Source: a virus
Lineage: Duplodnaviria; Caudoviricetes
Direction: 5' to 3' (one strand)
Length of the DNA: 64,000 bases
IMG/VR virus record: IMGVR_UViG_3300043468_001158
Of this stretch, positions 61,001-64,000 are shown one piece after another. The notes under the pieces were generated by a model that saw nothing but the letters and a program-made list of their open reading frames with translations, had not been told where the DNA came from and ran no database searches. The translations under genes were made by a program, and so were the position numbers. Each line of letters opens with the position of its first letter. Within the stretch, counting starts at the first letter, position 1.

Positions 61001-61602
61001 GTATCAACATTGAACGAGAAGATACCATTAGGAATAGTATTCAAAGAATTGTTGAATGTATAGAGCTGCATTGATACATCGCCAATCTGTTGAAGACTTG
61101 CAAACTGTCCAAAGCTACCGGTCAAACATCTATTCATGACTAAGAAGAAACGTTCTTTCCAAAGTGGAGAATTAGGGTCATTCCAAATGATGTTCAGCCC
61201 CGCTAAGTTGACGCCTTGGGAATCGATTACTCGTTCAGTAGTAGAGATTGAAGTAATCTTGACTAAACCACGAGCCGGGATATTGCGAGAAGGTGCATAC
61301 GATATTAGTTTCGCTAACTTTAGAATTGATTGCTTTCTTTGCGCTGTACTAATAAAGTTTTCATGCGATAACATATCAACTCGATAAGCTAATTGTTCTG
61401 CAACATATGCAAAGCTTTCAATTAAAGTAATTAGCTCAGAACTTTCAATAAAGTCGTTGAAACTTTCTGGAAAGTAAATGCGAATATAATCAATGATACT
61501 TAGTTTAATTGTGCTATAATCATACGCTGCAAAATTGATTTGCGAAAACGCTTGATATATCTTAGTCCAGCTTTCAGCTTGATAAAGGTTTTTGATTGAC
61601 AT
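58033..61602 (-). CDS. gp6: Baseplate wedge subunit (T4 gp6-like, with a large insertion)
   Basis: DY.TIK..IIDYIR.YFPE.FNDFIESSELI.LIE, SESIEHIRQSAP..Y.AQNRMV...DY, WDFGE.FY. Confidence 0.9.
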   Translation of the reverse strand: MSIKNLYQAESWTKIYQAFSQINFAAYDYSTIKLSIIDYIRIYFPESFNDFIESSELITLIESFAYVAEQLAYRVDMLSHENFISTAQRKQSILKLAKLISYAPSRNIPARGLVKITSISTTERVIDSQGVNLAGLNIIWNDPNSPLWKERFFLVMNRCLTGSFGQFASLQQIGDVSMQLYTFNNSLNTIPNGIFSFNVDTGIETFPMELVPVLLDSNGPYEKTPDVNSQLSVIYSNDGLGDGSDYTGFLMYAKQGVLTRLEYVMNEAIPNRALSLAPINVNDTDVWVTRVSSSGAIEEIWEEVETLADQNLSFNIIKNRKKFEVETLENDAIKLMFGDGDFSDIPVGRFFFWMRQSANRSIVIPTNRLINQPLAFQYVSPTTGMAETCGMTFSLTSTIQNSAASESIEHIRQSAPSTYYAQNRMVNAQDYNTYMLKDQSILRLTSVNRTFAGQPKYIEWNDASGQYQNIKLFGDDLTIDLALGINSLSTGTSTSSRGLIDEIIEPLLSSTGIINTLAHISSTDPLTSGMVSLTRRQFIEDNRQLYWNSTGQRSALQEKTLIQGAIDQHWYGEPLDFVTISGISYARIQDPGLHPEDDGKIWLNTVARTIDGINPYIPGDVGSGLQSVAWQSQFGLAFNRHTPIVGTDLTFTGQLTSRILVDALTYGAEVITIEVAANGSLLHVSSNLRGYIGTGEMNLPFTSDTIDFTLSQLSTASYQVMPGDAIKISYSLDLVADVGPGPYAFTLASSNVSTLNLLGRWELIDGIDLTSGNTVNPNVLPYDPTLYISPGVRNPNSWLIWVKATLNPITQLPTSFTVNFRELKLQVSSQNTKFWYNAGVQIIDSQTKNRVYDTIRVLRSNLKPDGRPLGHNENYDVVGPIVDSNGIVNLHALEVIPSDMLNIDTSGNTLPDSVLQFAEFSEAASNESNYYEYFQLDSSGIRVPGTEINAANITFDPTTYFAPGSFVSNAKIGGVYYGRTLKRTTLDFMWQHFTPYENLIDPSVSNIHDTYVLTQGYYNSISNYVQGRTLVLPTPPTPLELRNQFADLLDNKMLSDTVVLHPGKIKLLFGALAEPQFRAKFKVVKAITSTLSDEKLKIEVLAVINSYFGIENWDFGETFYATELFSLIHQRLPTEIASVVLVPIYAVNSFGSLFTVSSGLDEILQSCAQLSDIELVAELNASVLRQGGL

Positions 61603-61644
61603 GTTAGTTAGATATTCCGTGTCGGCGAATGAAATGCGATATTG

Positions 61645-61652
61645 TATTTATT
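61645..61652 (-). promoter_or_regulatory. T4-type late promoter motif (AATAAATA)
   Basis: 43 bp upstream of ATG 61602. Confidence 0.5.
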
Positions 61653-61672
61653 AGGAATAGCATAAGATAATC

Positions 61673-62050
61673 CTATGCACTGGTTTTGACTTCTATTTTT
61701 AGCATATCTTGAACTCCAAACTCAAGATAGAAAACATCGACTAAACCGAGGATAACATTATTATCAGTTAATGAAACTACTTGCATATCAACCAATCTTA
61801 CACGCGGGTCATATTCTATTACGTAACGAAGGTCATCTTCTATGATCTTACGAGTATTCTCATCATTTGGTTCAAACGTAAGTAAAGGAATACGAGTTCC
61901 AAACGTGGGCATCATTACTCTATCACCTTTAGCAGTAAAGATGTGGTTGTATAAGTCTTGCTTGACTACTTCAAAGTTAGAGATACCAAACTGTTTAGAG
62001 CTCATCCACTTATTAGAAGAGAAGCCATGATACAAAGTTTTGAATGCCAT
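61673..62050 (-). CDS. gp25: Baseplate wedge/sheath-initiator (gp25/GPW family)
   Basis: VKQDL.NHIFT.KG.RVMMP.FG..I..L.FEP....I..DL..VI.YDPRV. Confidence 0.9.
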   Translation of the reverse strand: MAFKTLYHGFSSNKWMSSKQFGISNFEVVKQDLYNHIFTAKGDRVMMPTFGTRIPLLTFEPNDENTRKIIEDDLRYVIEYDPRVRLVDMQVVSLTDNNVILGLVDVFYLEFGVQDMLKIEVKTSA

Positions 62051-62057
62051 TTACTTA

Positions 62058-63296
62058 TTATCCTTTATAATGCGAATTGCGATTTTTGTTTGCGGGTCTA
62101 ACGAAAGGTTCATGCGATGGAACAATAGATGCACCCGATGCTTCTTGTGCACATTCACCTGCTGCAGCGGGTCCACCTGGTAAGATACGTTCGTCTTTGT
62201 CAGCATCGGTTGGCGTTGTTTCTACTGCCGCAGTAATCTTACTTCCTTGCATAGCAAATAAACCCAAACTTTTGATATCAACTGTGTCACCAGTCAAACG
62301 GGTTTTTGTACCAACTAAGTCTAATGTACATCCTGTCGCAGCAAGAGTTGCTCCGGCTTTAATATGTACATTCCCACCCTGAACCCTAGTATCTGCTTCG
62401 CTTTTGATGTTGATACCAGTCTTTGCTTCAAGATTAATGTTACGACCTGCCGCTAAGTTAATGTCTTCTTCTGCTCGCACTGAGATAGACTTTGCCCCAT
62501 ACATATGAATGTGTCCGTCTTCATCAAGTTCTACCCAAGTATTACCTGAAGCAGTTGATATGTAGATACGTTCGTTAGTATCGTCAAGAATGATTTGATT
62601 GCCTTCACAAGTCTTGACTCTTATTCGACAGTTATCAGCAGTGTCGTTCATTGTGATGACATGATGACCTGGAGTTACCCAACAATAAGTTTGCGGGTCA
62701 AGATACTCAGTTGGGTCAGCCGCTGCCGGTGCATATCCTTCATTCCCGTCTGGGTGAAGTTTTGGTTGGGCAACTTGTCGTTCACTTACCCCACGAGTTT
62801 GAGCGATTGGATTACTTACGTCTCCATTGAAAGCTGCACGTAAGTTAGAGTAAGCAGGTTCCAGAGGGTCATACGAGTCGGTAAACGGGCCAACTGTTGT
62901 TTCATCAGGTTTCTTATTTCTTCCAGAAGGTAGTCCTCTATTTCGATGTAAGTCATACGCCGCAGCAAAGAAGAACCTTCGATTAGGATTACCATTCAGA
63001 AGAAAGACTAACACTTGAGAATTGAGTTTAGGTAAGCAATAGAAACCATAAGGTACAGGTCCTTTAGGTGCTTTTCTATTTCGACCAGCTGGGAAGTCAT
63101 TAGTAACTCCACCAAAAGGTGCTGCATATTCTGCCCAAGGTAATTGGCTAATATTATAAGACTCACCATCTAAAGCTGGACACCATACTTTCATTCTTCC
63201 CATTTGATTTGGGTCGTCCGTATCCATCACGAAACCATTAGTGATAAATGGAAAATGATTTTGATATCGATTTAGGATTGATTTATTAGTTTGCAT
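62058..63296 (-). CDS. Baseplate central spike (gp5/VgrG-like OB fold + beta-helix, no lysozyme domain)
   Basis: G.V.DT.DP...GR.KVWCP.LD, LPWA, P.LNSQVLV.L..G.P, TPGHH.I.M.D, G.QIILDD. Confidence 0.85.
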   Translation of the reverse strand: MQTNKSILNRYQNHFPFITNGFVMDTDDPNQMGRMKVWCPALDGESYNISQLPWAEYAAPFGGVTNDFPAGRNRKAPKGPVPYGFYCLPKLNSQVLVFLLNGNPNRRFFFAAAYDLHRNRGLPSGRNKKPDETTVGPFTDSYDPLEPAYSNLRAAFNGDVSNPIAQTRGVSERQVAQPKLHPDGNEGYAPAAADPTEYLDPQTYCWVTPGHHVITMNDTADNCRIRVKTCEGNQIILDDTNERIYISTASGNTWVELDEDGHIHMYGAKSISVRAEEDINLAAGRNINLEAKTGINIKSEADTRVQGGNVHIKAGATLAATGCTLDLVGTKTRLTGDTVDIKSLGLFAMQGSKITAAVETTPTDADKDERILPGGPAAAGECAQEASGASIVPSHEPFVRPANKNRNSHYKG

Positions 63297-64000
63297 TATT
63301 CACACCTTCTTGTGCCTTTAGCGTACTTATTGCACCATAATTATGTTGCATTATTAGTATAAGTTCTTGCGTAAAATCACTTCCGCTAAAAGTATGAACA
63401 ACTGATTGTATCATATACCAATCATCATAAAATAGTTTGACTTTGTATTCATCTACATTACCTTCTTGGTTGAATGGATAATCTCGTGGTCCATATACAT
63501 TCACTTTAGCGAATTGGGTTTCTCCTAAAAACTTCTTATCAATCATTTGACGTTCAACAAACTTACGATGTTCAAGATGAGCTTGAACAATACTTCCATT
63601 TCCAGTTGCAGCGGTTTCATTCTTAGGGTCGTATTCCCATTTAGATAATTTGTCAATATAAGATGCATCGCCATTTTCAATATAGTCTTTGACCGAAGTA
63701 GTAATTTTTGGAACAGGAGCAATTGCTTCAACTACGAAGTTAGAAAATAAGTTAGGGTTTCCTCGAATTTTGACACTTGTTGTTCCCATTGCAAAATGCA
63801 TATCTGCCAAAGTTTGATGAAATGCTTGCGCATTTTTAAATACTTCTTTTGCTAATGGATTATTCGTAGGTGCAACATCTGCCTGATTAGAACGTTGAGT
63901 AGTTGTTTTTGGCGGTAGATACATAGGCTGATTTTTACCAGGATTCCCAACGAATGTTTTCTTATCAACTTCAGGAGAAAGTTTATCTTTCTTCTTTTGA
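63286..64000 (-). CDS. Baseplate hub (gp27-like) C-terminal part, 5'-truncated
   Basis: The frame stays open past ATG 63924 to the window end. IRGNP and WYMIQSVVHTFSGSDFTQEL are typical of hub C-termini. Confidence 0.65.
   Translation of the reverse strand, partial: QKKKDKLSPEVDKKTFVGNPGKNQPMYLPPKTTTQRSNQADVAPTNNPLAKEVFKNAQAFHQTLADMHFAMGTTSVKIRGNPNLFSNFVVEAIAPVPKITTSVKDYIENGDASYIDKLSKWEYDPKNETAATGNGSIVQAHLEHRKFVERQMIDKKFLGETQFAKVNVYGPRDYPFNQEGNVDEYKVKLFYDDWYMIQSVVHTFSGSDFTQELILIMQHNYGAISTLKAQEGVNNAN

Noticed and set aside
1-64000. Stop-codon reassignment (alternative genetic code)
   Set aside because: Standard-code ORFs tile the window, including 3-9 kb genes. TAG (e.g. 3957) and TGA (e.g. 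4493, 13433) end genes at operon junctions.
1-64000. tRNA/rRNA genes
   Set aside because: No cloverleaf with T-loop GTTCRA and acceptor stem was found in the intergenic gaps by eye. tRNAscan-SE would confirm.
1-64000. Prophage or mobile-element context (integrase, transposase, intein, intron)
   Set aside because: No such genes or splicing motifs were recognised. The HNH gene is free-standing and interrupts nothing.

Overview
A 64 kb slice of a large, AT-rich, lytic myovirus (jumbo/T4-like tailed phage). The host is probably Gram-negative, judging by the spanin pair, lipoboxes and IHF-consensus sites. The standard genetic code tiles the window densely, and I saw no tRNA, rRNA, CRISPR, integrase or reverse transcriptase. 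The left half (1-28 kb, mostly + strand) begins with the end of a collagen-repeat fibre gene. It continues with accessory modules behind repeated TTTACA-N16/17-TATAAT early promoters. These encode two RNA ligases (Rnl1 and DRB0094-type), a Pol-beta-fold nucleotidyltransferase, an HNH nuclease, Hsp20, a pyrimidine-dimer glycosylase-like protein and a Ter cluster (TelA, vWA, DUF475/TerC-like, 2x TerD) that contains an apparently dead gp21-like protease. A tandem AAA+ ATPase and two LRR-like paralogs follow. The right half (28-64 kb, - strand) holds an Ig/M23/SLT lysin, spanins, fibres, a GT2 glycosyltransferase and a T4-like baseplate block (giant wedge, gp6, gp25, gp5, partial hub). Thirteen (N)ATAAATA T4-type late-promoter motifs sit just upstream of starts. 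The most striking unexplained structure is a non-coding element present twice, 51 kb apart and inverted. It has a 78-bp block (73/78 identical) with paired IHF-consensus sites and ends in a palindromic core, and the two copies look like halves of one long palindrome. All family assignments come from motifs recognised by eye; no searches were run.
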